A DNA stretch of 64,000 nt from an uncultured Desulfobacterales bacterium. GTDB lineage: Bacteria; Desulfobacterota; Desulfobacteria; Desulfobacterales; B30-G6. Both the position numbers and the translations under genes were made by a program. Under the pieces are notes generated by a model. That model was not told the DNA's origin. It saw nothing but the letters and a program-made list of their open reading frames with translations, and searched no databases. The stretch spans positions 11,250 through 75,249 of the forward strand of contig CAYVMI010000024.1 of assembly GCA_964452555.1 (NCBI GenBank), in the 5' to 3' direction. Each line of letters begins with the position of its first letter. Positions within the stretch are counted from its first letter, which is position 1. Of this stretch, positions 9,894 to 18,633 are shown piece by piece.

Positions 9894-9934
9894 TGCAAAA
9901 ATGAATTTGTTACTTTTTGCAAGGAGGTGAAAAG

Positions 9935-10633
9935 TTGCAATTAAATTTGACATTACAGCGAGATAAATCCAGCGAACCTCTGACATTCAATTTCTCGCGT
10001 ATGATCAATGCCGGCTATGTGGGGCGGGATCAGGAAGTGGTACGCAAATATATCGCTGAACTGGAGGCCAAAGGCATCCCCGGTCCCAAGAGCACACCGG
10101 TATTATTCCCGGTAAACCCGAGGGCACTGGTTATGAACGAGGACATCGAGGTTTACGGGACTCAAACCGCCGGTGAGGTCGAATATGTTTTGCTGATTCA
10201 AGATGCCCGAACCATCTATGTGGGCATGGGCAGCGATCACACCGATCGACTCCTGGAAGAGACCGACATCCCTCGTTCCAAGCAGATCTGCCCCAATGTC
10301 ATGTGTCCCACCGTATGGCTTTTGGCTGACGTGGAGTCACATTGGGATGAACTGACTTTTGACAGTCAGGTGATCAAAGATGGTGAAAGCATTGCCAACC
10401 AGGACGGACGGCTGGCGACCATTTTGAGCCCTGAAGCACTGATGGCTTTTGTACGTTCCAAATTGGGGGATGATCTTTCCGGCACGCTGCTGTTTTCCGG
10501 TACCGTGGGGACCATCAGCGGCCAATATATCTATGGTGAGCGTTTTATTGCCGGGTTGTACGATCCTGTTATGAACCGCAGCCTGAGCGTAAACTACGGA
10601 GTCCGCCCCTTAGACTATTTAGAAGTCGAATAA
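9935..10633 (+). CDS. Uncharacterised protein, DUF2848-like (recognised from memory only)
   Basis: ORF 9917-10633. TTG 9935 sits 5-6 nt after the strong RBS AAGGAGGTG. Motifs GYVGRDQ, GEVEYVL and GMGSDHTDR resemble DUF2848. Confidence 0.5.
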   Translation: MQLNLTLQRDKSSEPLTFNFSRMINAGYVGRDQEVVRKYIAELEAKGIPGPKSTPVLFPVNPRALVMNEDIEVYGTQTAGEVEYVLLIQDARTIYVGMGSDHTDRLLEETDIPRSKQICPNVMCPTVWLLADVESHWDELTFDSQVIKDGESIANQDGRLATILSPEALMAFVRSKLGDDLSGTLLFSGTVGTISGQYIYGERFIAGLYDPVMNRSLSVNYGVRPLDYLEVE

Positions 10634-10677
10634 ACCTCAAAGTTGCAACCTTGAACTAAAAACTAGGAGCAAGTTTT

Positions 10678-11454
10678 ATGCGTGTGGCATCCATCCAAAT
10701 GAGCGTTGTTGAGGACCATAAAGAAAAAACCATCGCCAAGGCACTTGAAAACATCACCCAGGCCGCCGATGCTCATCTCGTTATTTTGCCCGAAATCTGG
10801 AATGTCGGTTTTATGAGCTTTGACCGTTATGAATCTGAGGCCGAAGACTGTGAAGGCCCCACCATGAACGCCCTCAAACAGGCTGCCAGGGAGGCGAACA
10901 TATACCTGCATACCGGCAGCTTTGTGGAAAAGGACGGTAGCAACTACTACAATTCAAGCTATTTGCTCTCGCCTGACGGTGATATACTGGCCAACTACCG
11001 TAAGATACATCTGTTTGGTCACAATTCCAGGGAGACTCAGATCCTGACACCAGGAAAAAAAGTGACCGTAGCTGATACGCCCATTGGCAAGATCGGCATG
11101 GCAACCTGTTATGATCTGCGATTTCCGGAGCTGTTCCGGCGCATGGCCGAGCAAGGTGCCCAGCTTTTCCTGATCTGCTCAGCCTGGCCCTATCCCCGCC
11201 TGGAGCACTGGATCATATTCAACCGCGCCCGGGCTTTGGAAAATCAATGTTTCCTGGTTTCGGCCAATTCAGTGGGTCCCAACCTGGGAACCACCTTTGT
11301 GGGCCACAGCATGATGATTAACCCCTGGGGCGTGATTTTGGCCGGCGGCGGTGATGAGGATGTCATTTTAACAAGCGAGATCGATTTGGCTGAAGTTGAC
11401 AGTACCCGGGAACGCTTCAGTGCTTACAATGATCGCGTAGCCTGGCTTTCCTGA
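10678..11454 (+). CDS. Carbon-nitrogen hydrolase (nitrilase/amidase superfamily)
   Basis: Glu-Lys-Cys triad context: LVILPE, YRKIHLF, MATCYDLRFPE. Confidence 0.85.
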   Translation: MRVASIQMSVVEDHKEKTIAKALENITQAADAHLVILPEIWNVGFMSFDRYESEAEDCEGPTMNALKQAAREANIYLHTGSFVEKDGSNYYNSSYLLSPDGDILANYRKIHLFGHNSRETQILTPGKKVTVADTPIGKIGMATCYDLRFPELFRRMAEQGAQLFLICSAWPYPRLEHWIIFNRARALENQCFLVSANSVGPNLGTTFVGHSMMINPWGVILAGGGDEDVILTSEIDLAEVDSTRERFSAYNDRVAWLS

Positions 11455-11527
11455 ATCCTGTTAGCACCAAGGTCGCAATATTGGGATAAATGCAGCACAA
11501 AAATTGTCAATACAAGGAGAATGACCC

Positions 11528-12733
11528 ATGGCAGATTTGTTCATTGATTTTTGCGGTGTGAAAATCAAAAATCCGTTGGTAGCCGCATCGGCTGAACCCA
11601 CCTTGAACGCCCATAATATGAAAAAATGCATCGATGCAGGTGCAGGAGGGGTTATCGTCAAAACCATGAGTGATTCCCCGGAAATGCGTGAACTGACCAC
11701 CCGCTCCAAGTGGCGCTTTCTAGATCAAAAACATGAAGTGGCCTGCGGCAAAGTGCCCCGCGCCTTTAGCCTTTACGGTCGTTCCGGATTGGCCTTGGAA
11801 CCCCCGGAAGAGTTTATGCCGGAGGTCGAAGAAGCCGTAAAGTATGCTGCCAACCATGATGCGGTGGTGATCGGCTCCATCGGATCAGTAACCACCGAAG
11901 GTTGGGTTACACTGGCCAAACAGATGGAGCAGACCGGGGTTCCATTGCTGGAGTGTAATTTTGGTTGTCCCCATCCCCATATGATGCCGGGTGTAAAAAC
12001 CGGCATGGAAGTGGGCCAGGATTTTGAATATGCCTGCAACGTTACCCGCCAAGTCTGCGAGGCCGTAAATATTCCGGTGATGATCAAGGTCACCCCCCAG
12101 GTGACCAGCCTCATCGAGTTTACCGGTCACCTGATGGATGCCGGAGCCCAAGCGGTTACTCTCACCAACCGCTTCATCGGGTTCGTGCCGGACATCGAAA
12201 CCGGAAAACCCCTGATTTATGGCAAAGCCGGTTGTGGCGGGCCTTGGATCAAGCCTCTGACCCTGCGCTGGATCCACGATATCCGGCAGCATTACCGGGA
12301 CAGGAATGTATTTATCGCCGGAACAAACGGTGCTTATGATTGGCGCGATATTGTGATGTTCATGATGAGCGGGGCTCACATCGTGGAGATGTGCTCGGCG
12401 GTGATGGTTTACGGCTATGAGTGGTTGGGCAAGCAGGTCCAAAAATTGGATAAGTGGATGGATGAGAAAGGGTACAGCTCGGTTGACGAGTTTTTAGGTG
12501 TCGCCACCGATGCCTCCCTGGCCTACTCTGAAATGCCGCCAGAAAAAGCACGGGTGGATGCAGAACCCTGCACCAATTGCGGTCGCTGTCTGAAAGCTTG
12601 CTTCTACCAGGCCATGCAGCCGGGCGATGAAGCTACCTGGGTGGAGACAAACAACTGTATCGGTTGTGGCGGCTGCTATTCTGTTTGTCCCGTAGAAGGT
12701 GCCGTCGAGATCTATGTCGCGCCCCAAGAATAA
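11528..12733 (+). CDS. Dihydroorotate/dihydropyrimidine dehydrogenase-like (PreA-type) flavoenzyme with C-terminal 2x[4Fe-4S] ferredoxin domain
   Basis: N-terminal GVKIKNPLVAASA TIM-barrel DHODH signature. C-terminal CTNCGRCLKAC and CIGCGGCYSVCP clusters. Confidence 0.8.
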   Translation: MADLFIDFCGVKIKNPLVAASAEPTLNAHNMKKCIDAGAGGVIVKTMSDSPEMRELTTRSKWRFLDQKHEVACGKVPRAFSLYGRSGLALEPPEEFMPEVEEAVKYAANHDAVVIGSIGSVTTEGWVTLAKQMEQTGVPLLECNFGCPHPHMMPGVKTGMEVGQDFEYACNVTRQVCEAVNIPVMIKVTPQVTSLIEFTGHLMDAGAQAVTLTNRFIGFVPDIETGKPLIYGKAGCGGPWIKPLTLRWIHDIRQHYRDRNVFIAGTNGAYDWRDIVMFMMSGAHIVEMCSAVMVYGYEWLGKQVQKLDKWMDEKGYSSVDEFLGVATDASLAYSEMPPEKARVDAEPCTNCGRCLKACFYQAMQPGDEATWVETNNCIGCGGCYSVCPVEGAVEIYVAPQE

Positions 12734-12796
12734 TCCTGTAGCGTAGTTTGAGGCTGCGATTTTCAAACGTTGGGGTAAAATCGGAAGGACGATTTT

Positions 12797-14230
12797 ATGA
12801 AACCGATTATTCAATTTTTATCCGACCAAGAAGTTGAGATTCTGCACGTCCAATCGTTGAAAATCTTAAAAGAAATTGGCATGCGCCTGCCCCACGATGA
12901 AGCCATTGAGCTCTTATCTCAACATGGAGTTGAGATCGTGGATAAAAATGTGGTGCGGTTTCCTGAGGAATTGGTCTCCAGCACCATTAAAATGCTGCCC
13001 AAACTGAAAGACGTCACCCTGTACGGGCGGGACCCCAAACATGATGTCACTTTTGACAAACACGAACCAGCCTTGGCCTGCATGACCATGGCGGTAAACG
13101 TTATTGATCCGTATACGCGCCTTAAACGGCCGGCCACCAACGATGACTTGGCGGTTTTGACACGCATGGCTGATGAACTGGAAAATATTCGCGTAAACGG
13201 CGGTCTGGTGACACCGCAGGAAGTCCCCAAAAATTTCAACGACTGGTACACTTGGGCCACCACCATTAAAAATACGAGTAAGCATATCACCGGCGGGATG
13301 CTGGGAGCCAGCTGTGTCCAAGACGCTGCAAAAATGGCGGCCATTGCGCTCGGGGATGAGGAGCACTTCTATGCCAGGCCATTCATTTCCGGCTGGGTTC
13401 TGACCCTGCCGCCCCTTGGAATCGATGCGGAGTCCCTGGAGGCCTTGATGGAAATGAGCCGCATGAACATACCGGCCATCGTCAGCTCCGGCCCCATACT
13501 GGGGACTTCTTCTCCAGTGACCATCGCCGGTACTGTTGCCCAGGCCCACGCTGAAATCCTGGCCTGCATCGTTGTCTCTCAGTTAGTGAACCCGGGTGCG
13601 CCTATTGTCTATACCAGTTTTGCCCGCGGAATCGACATGAAGAGCGGTAATATTTCCATGGCATGCCCGGAATTTGGGATTTTGAAAGTTGCCATGGCTC
13701 AAATGGGAAGATATCTTGACCTGCCGGTACGCATGCCCGCTTTGCTGCGGGATTCCAAAACTATTGATGCTCAGGCCGGATACGAAACCGGCATGATTGG
13801 AACCGTAACCGGTCTAACGGCCGACCTCATGGATGCCATGCAGTTGGATATGGATTTGGTGGTGGATTTCCCTGATCTGGTTTTTTGCAATGAATGCATG
13901 GCCGGTATCAGCCGTATGGCCAGAGAATTGAAAGTAAATACAGAATCGCTGGCCCTGGAGGCCATAGCAAATGTCGGTCCTGGAGGTACTTTCTTAAGTC
14001 ACCCCCATACTTACGATAATTTTCGCAAGGAGCTATGGATACCATCTTTCATGGAACGCAGAAATTGGGACTTGTGGGAAGCGGACGGGGCCCTGGACAT
14101 ATTCAAAGTTGCTGAAAAGAAAACCCTTGAAATGCTGGAGCAAAAACCACTCACCTTGCTGTCAGAAGAAATTGAAAAGCAAATCGATACAGTCGTAGAG
14201 CGGGCCCAAGCCAAACACACTGAGCCTTAA
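12797..14230 (+). CDS. MttB-superfamily methyltransferase, non-pyrrolysine type (complete)
   Basis: 477 aa, uninterrupted, with no in-frame TAG. Full-length similarity to ORFs 2-1177 and 50398-51861. Confidence 0.9.
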   Translation: MKPIIQFLSDQEVEILHVQSLKILKEIGMRLPHDEAIELLSQHGVEIVDKNVVRFPEELVSSTIKMLPKLKDVTLYGRDPKHDVTFDKHEPALACMTMAVNVIDPYTRLKRPATNDDLAVLTRMADELENIRVNGGLVTPQEVPKNFNDWYTWATTIKNTSKHITGGMLGASCVQDAAKMAAIALGDEEHFYARPFISGWVLTLPPLGIDAESLEALMEMSRMNIPAIVSSGPILGTSSPVTIAGTVAQAHAEILACIVVSQLVNPGAPIVYTSFARGIDMKSGNISMACPEFGILKVAMAQMGRYLDLPVRMPALLRDSKTIDAQAGYETGMIGTVTGLTADLMDAMQLDMDLVVDFPDLVFCNECMAGISRMARELKVNTESLALEAIANVGPGGTFLSHPHTYDNFRKELWIPSFMERRNWDLWEADGALDIFKVAEKKTLEMLEQKPLTLLSEEIEKQIDTVVERAQAKHTEP

Positions 14231-15357
14231 TCAATTATCCGCCCAAGACGCTCTACACCTTTCAGCAGGTCTTTTTTGCCGTAGTAAGCAAAACAGAATC
14301 GCAGATAGTTGCGTAATCCATTACGGCATGAAAACTTAATCCCGGGTTGAAACCCCATTTTGTGCTTAGCGGCAGCGGAAAGTAGCAATTCGCTGTCAGT
14401 CCCTTCGGATAAGCACGACCAGATAAAATAACCTCCAGACGGATCCATGAATTTTAAAGCGGGGACATGCTGCCGGAGTGCATTGCATAAGGTGACCATG
14501 CGCTCATGGTACGTTTTTTTGAGGAACCCAAGATAACTTTCCTGCAGCCCCAATTCTAGCATGCTGTTTACAATGCTGGAAATAAAAGGGTTCAGTCCAC
14601 CGCCACTATCGAGATAACCGCATACGATAAAAGGTTCCAGCAAATCGGGTTTGGCTTGTATCCATCCTAACCGCAATCCAGGCGCTAGGATTTTGGAAAA
14701 AGATCCCAAGGAGAGAACCCGTCCGGGAGTATCATAATAACTCATTGGTTTTGGCGGGGTAATCGTATAATTCAGCAATTGATAAACTTCATCGGCAACC
14801 AGGAAAAAGTCATATTCCTCGCTTAATCCAACGAGTTCCTCGCGTCGTCGGTGGGATAGGGTTGCGCCGGAAGGGTTATGAAAAACGGGTATCGTATAAA
14901 TGAAAACCGGTTTGTGTTTTTTCAGTTTTTCCTTCAACGCTTCAATTATAATTCCATTCTCATCAATCGGCGTTCCGATTACATTAAGCTTGTAATCAGC
15001 AAAGATACGCAAAGCCAAAAAATAGGACGGTTCTTCTACAATCACCGTATCTCCCGGGTTAGTTTTAAGCGCACAAATCATATCCAAAGCCTGGGAAATC
15101 CCGGCCGTGATCAAAAGATGATCCGGTTCAACCGTCTTTCCATATTGTGCGCTTAGAAATTGGGCCAGGGATATCCTAAAACTGCTATTGCCCTGTTGCA
15201 TGCCGTATTGCAATATATTGCGGTCTTTTTGCTGAAACCGGTGGTGGGACGCTTTTTCCAACTCCTCAATGGGGAGAATGCCGACTTGCGGCTGGCCGAT
15301 TCCGAAGTCTACCCAATCTTCGGGAACACTAATTTGAGCCACCTGTACTTTATTCAT
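14227..15357 (-). CDS. PLP-dependent aminotransferase, class I/II
   Basis: PLP-lysine motif SFSKILAPGLRLGW and NPSG motif. Start set at ATG 15357 behind RBS AGGAGG (track start 15420 is upstream). Confidence 0.85.
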   Translation of the reverse strand: MNKVQVAQISVPEDWVDFGIGQPQVGILPIEELEKASHHRFQQKDRNILQYGMQQGNSSFRISLAQFLSAQYGKTVEPDHLLITAGISQALDMICALKTNPGDTVIVEEPSYFLALRIFADYKLNVIGTPIDENGIIIEALKEKLKKHKPVFIYTIPVFHNPSGATLSHRRREELVGLSEEYDFFLVADEVYQLLNYTITPPKPMSYYDTPGRVLSLGSFSKILAPGLRLGWIQAKPDLLEPFIVCGYLDSGGGLNPFISSIVNSMLELGLQESYLGFLKKTYHERMVTLCNALRQHVPALKFMDPSGGYFIWSCLSEGTDSELLLSAAAKHKMGFQPGIKFSCRNGLRNYLRFCFAYYGKKDLLKGVERLGRIID

Positions 15358-15933
15358 CACTCCTCCTATATGGAAATCGTATTGGACATCTTTTATAGCG
15401 TTTCTATACCAGCATATCAAGAGGTGGCAATTTTGGACAATTCACGCATGGTCCTCTAAATCAGGTTTTTCAACTACTGAATAGATGATCAAAATATAAG
15501 ATCGCTGAACATTAAAAAAGCACCCAAATCAAATCGTTGGTTTTATGTGGCGCGCTTATACAATTTAAAATACTCCCAATTCAAAAATTCAAAATTGCTG
15601 AATCAAACCAAATCTTTTTTCAAAGCATTCAAGCGTAAGTATCAATATGGTAATAGGAAGTTTAAATGTAGATTACATCAAATTGAGGAAATACTTCTAT
15701 ACGTTAACTTTATGATTATGTCTTTTTGTCAATATTTTCTTCGTGTTATCGCAAGTCACAACATAATTTTTTCGGTCATATGTTTTGATTTCTTTACGTA
15801 GTTGGGTGAATATCAGTCAAAAATATACCGTCATTTTCCTGCAACCGTCGTTTTGCCATTACAATAGGTTTCTTTTAATAACGTCAATATGACATATTTA
15901 TTGTCCGTGGTGAGGGCATTGTAGCCAGCGGTA

Positions 15934-17172
15934 TTAAACAGTATGGATATCAAATTCCATTAAAACCACCTGTGTCAATTTTTTAAGAATTTTTGAAGAT
16001 AGATTGACTGTGATTTCCTTTTTTCTTCCATACCGCCCTTTCGATAAAAGCCGCGCCTGGATAAATCCATACATATCTAATTCGGAAACCAAATCAGAAA
16101 AAGCCCGTTGGGTAAGAGTCTTGAGATCAGCTTTATCGCAAAAGGAACAATATATTGCATAGGCCTCGCCGGTATATAATGGTTTGGCACTTATTGAATT
16201 TCTGGAAATAATTGAATACAAAACAGCCTGAAGTTGCTTCGGGCTTGATTTAATCATCGCGACATATTTATCTTTCTCTATTTCCTCCAAGGCCTTATCC
16301 AAAAGGTCTAACGATATTGCTGTCCCCTCTTTTTCAGCCATGTGAGATGATTTTGATAACAGTTCGACAGCCTTTCGTGCATCTCCATGTGTTCTGCTGG
16401 ATATAGCGGCGATTTTATCAACAACACCCTCTTCTATAAATTTTTCATTCAGGGCCTTTTTTATTCGTAATGAAAGAATTTTCTGGAGATCACAGGCATT
16501 ATAAGGCTCGAACAACAGTTCATTTATCTTTAAAAAAGATTTAATACGCGGATCAACATTATCCTGCCAATTCAGTCTATTTGAGGTGAACACAATCAGC
16601 AGCTTCGCTGATATTTTTTGTGGCAACCGTTTTACAATAAATTTTAAAAAGCTATCCAAATCACGTTTGATATGATCGATTTCGTCTATAAAGAGGATTA
16701 AATAGCCTTTGTAATCAACGATTTTTTCCTCAATCTTGCTCATCAATTCATCCAGAGATATTCCCTTTTTATATCGCTTTGCTGCGTTTAGAAAACAGGC
16801 AAGGTCATTTAATGCGCGAAAACATGGTTTGGGCGTAGATAGATCAAGATGGATATATTTCATGTTGATTTTTCGTTTTTCACACAGCGACTGGAACAAA
16901 TTTAGGAAATAAAGCATGGTTACTGTTTTGCCTGCACCGGTTTTTCCAAGGAGTGAAAGATGGATGGGATGATCATTTCGAAAGATAGGTGCGAAGTGGG
17001 AGCTTAATTCACGGATTTCTCTATCCCTGACATCAATATCGAAAATTTCACGTAATACCTCAAATTGCTCTTCTCGATGCAGTTGCTCATCATCTAAATA
17101 TTTTCTGTTCTTGATAATCGTGTTTTTAAGAAGAGTTTTTATTTGTTTTTCGATTTTTATTTCAACATCCAT
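15934..17172 (-). CDS. Orc1/Cdc6-type AAA+ ATPase with C-terminal winged helix
   Basis: Walker A GKTGAGKT, Walker B LILFIDEIDH, sensor-1 VFTSN, sensor-2 GDARKAVELL. C-terminal LTQRAFSDLVSELDMYGFIQARLLSKGRYGRKKEI matches the Cdc6 winged-helix signature. Confidence 0.85.
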   Translation of the reverse strand: MDVEIKIEKQIKTLLKNTIIKNRKYLDDEQLHREEQFEVLREIFDIDVRDREIRELSSHFAPIFRNDHPIHLSLLGKTGAGKTVTMLYFLNLFQSLCEKRKINMKYIHLDLSTPKPCFRALNDLACFLNAAKRYKKGISLDELMSKIEEKIVDYKGYLILFIDEIDHIKRDLDSFLKFIVKRLPQKISAKLLIVFTSNRLNWQDNVDPRIKSFLKINELLFEPYNACDLQKILSLRIKKALNEKFIEEGVVDKIAAISSRTHGDARKAVELLSKSSHMAEKEGTAISLDLLDKALEEIEKDKYVAMIKSSPKQLQAVLYSIISRNSISAKPLYTGEAYAIYCSFCDKADLKTLTQRAFSDLVSELDMYGFIQARLLSKGRYGRKKEITVNLSSKILKKLTQVVLMEFDIHTV

Positions 17173-17177
17173 TCTCG

Positions 17178-17395
17178 CTCCACCGGAAATTTACCAAGCT
17201 ATGTTGATGTTCTGAATGTACTCATATAAATAATTTTTGGTTTTATCAGTGGGTGTAGTTTTCCGATGGAAAATGTCAGGCGGGTGTGGGGATTACATAT
17301 TTTTTCTTTTTCTTGTTTGTTTCTATATAGAAAATAAATAATATGAATAGCATAAATATAATTATAATAGATTCCATCGGAAATTTACTCTCGCT
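17178..17395. other. Origin-like module: three TTCC-N4-GGAA dyad repeats around a ~75-bp extreme AT tract
   Basis: CTCCACCGGAAATTTACC (17178-17195), GTTTTCCGATGGAAAATGTC (17258-17277, opposite orientation) and ATTCCATCGGAAATTTACTCTCGCT (17371-17395). AT tract at 17296-17370. GGGTGT boxes at 17251 and 17283. Confidence 0.45.
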
Positions 17396-17478
17396 GAAAT
17401 AAACCCCTATTGGGAAAAGATTAACTCAGACCGGAGAACAAAGAAAAACAGTCTATAATTTGTAGAGTTTTAATGAAC

Positions 17479-17841
17479 TCATCTCAAATGCGGATGATAA
17501 GTCAGTTTGCTCTGAATTTTATAAGGCCTGGGATGTGACACGGAATGTATTCGATATGCATCTCTAAACGCAGATCGAGAGTAACCAACAGTCAGTTGAA
17601 TATCATCGCCTTTATTAATAAGGCGATCGACAGAATCAGTTTTTCGATTAAACGGATTGCTTAAAAGTCCGTATAAGTTCCCTATGCTTGGTTTCTGATT
17701 TTCATCCCTGAACTCAACATGATAATGCTTATAGGTACCTTTCTGTTCGACAACAATCCCGATCATACCATTGCCATACCTGTATTTGTCTATGACCTTA
17801 CCGCTTATATACTCACCCCTGATATAATCAATTAATGCCAT
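17479..17841 (-). CDS. Hypothetical protein (ORFan, 120 aa)
   Basis: Clean ORF in the AT-rich island. No recognisable motif and a weak RBS. Confidence 0.45.
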   Translation of the reverse strand: MALIDYIRGEYISGKVIDKYRYGNGMIGIVVEQKGTYKHYHVEFRDENQKPSIGNLYGLLSNPFNRKTDSVDRLINKGDDIQLTVGYSRSAFRDAYRIHSVSHPRPYKIQSKLTYHPHLR

Positions 17842-17902
17842 ATTATTTTGGGGTAAAGGATATGATCTATAAATACTTTTTGATTTTCATAAAAAAATGT
17901 TG

Positions 17903-17941
17903 CCTCGTTTCGTGAGATTTTAGAGAAAACACGAAACGAGG
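17903..17941. promoter_or_regulatory. Perfect 12-bp inverted repeat in a divergent intergenic region, covering the RBS of the downstream gene
   Basis: CCTCGTTTCGTG (17903-17914), 15-nt loop, CACGAAACGAGG (17930-17941). The right arm contains the GAGG used as RBS for ATG 17950. Confidence 0.5.
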
Positions 17942-17949
17942 TGATAGAA

Positions 17950-18327
17950 ATGGTAAAACCTGCGACAACAAAGCAGATAGCGTTAATAAAACAGCTAAAA
18001 CCAGATAGCGCCGACATCAGCTTGAACAGTTTTGAGGCATCGAAACTGATTGGCCGGTTAATTCAAAGTAAGGGACAGAGCGGCAATCTATTAGGAATTG
18101 AAAAACAGATAAATGAACCCCGGCTCGGGATGGCAATGAAAGAATGTTATAAAATTTGGACCAGATGGGGGAACAGAGATTTTCTTTTTGGAGACCGTAG
18201 AATTCGATTTATCAAAGAAGCTATTTTAACATATTATCTTTTTACAGAAATAGAAAATCGACTCAGAAATAATTTTTATAAAGGCGAAAAGTATATAGAA
18301 GAACTTGCCCCAGATTGGATTCCATAA
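17950..18327 (+). CDS. Hypothetical protein (ORFan, ~125 aa)
   Basis: ATG 17950 lies 8 nt after GAGGTG (track start GTG 17941). N-terminus is MVKPATTKQIALIKQL. No confident family assignment. Confidence 0.5.
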   Translation: MVKPATTKQIALIKQLKPDSADISLNSFEASKLIGRLIQSKGQSGNLLGIEKQINEPRLGMAMKECYKIWTRWGNRDFLFGDRRIRFIKEAILTYYLFTEIENRLRNNFYKGEKYIEELAPDWIP

Positions 18328-18633
18328 AGCTCCCTGGCTAAAACCAGGGTTCTTGTGGTCATTTCTCCATTTGGAGTTGATGAAGTATGATTTCTTTTTT
18401 TTCGATATAACAACTGGATTTTAAGCAAACTCTTTCTCAATTTTGGTTTTCTACACACCTAAAGCTTTAAAAGTCACTTCAAGTGCTCGGATATAAACTC
18501 TAAGAGTTTATTATCCTCACCTTGCAGCTAAACATTTAAATCTTCCCCCCAAAGGGGTCGGCTAAAAACATTTAATCCCCCCAAAATATTCCGTCGAAGG
18601 TTCACAAAGTGAAACCTTCGCGGAGGTATTAAA

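Noticed and set aside
12797-14230. Checked all MttB-like genes for an in-frame amber (TAG) codon that would indicate pyrrolysine.
   Set aside because: All three ORFs are uninterrupted at full family length, so these are non-Pyl members. No pylTSBCD genes are in the window.
15547-15801. 84-aa ORF in the AT-rich spacer left of the Orc1/Cdc6 gene.
   Set aside because: It has a low-complexity Lys/Phe/Asn-rich sequence, a non-ATG start, no RBS and no motif. This is what random AT-rich DNA is expected to produce.
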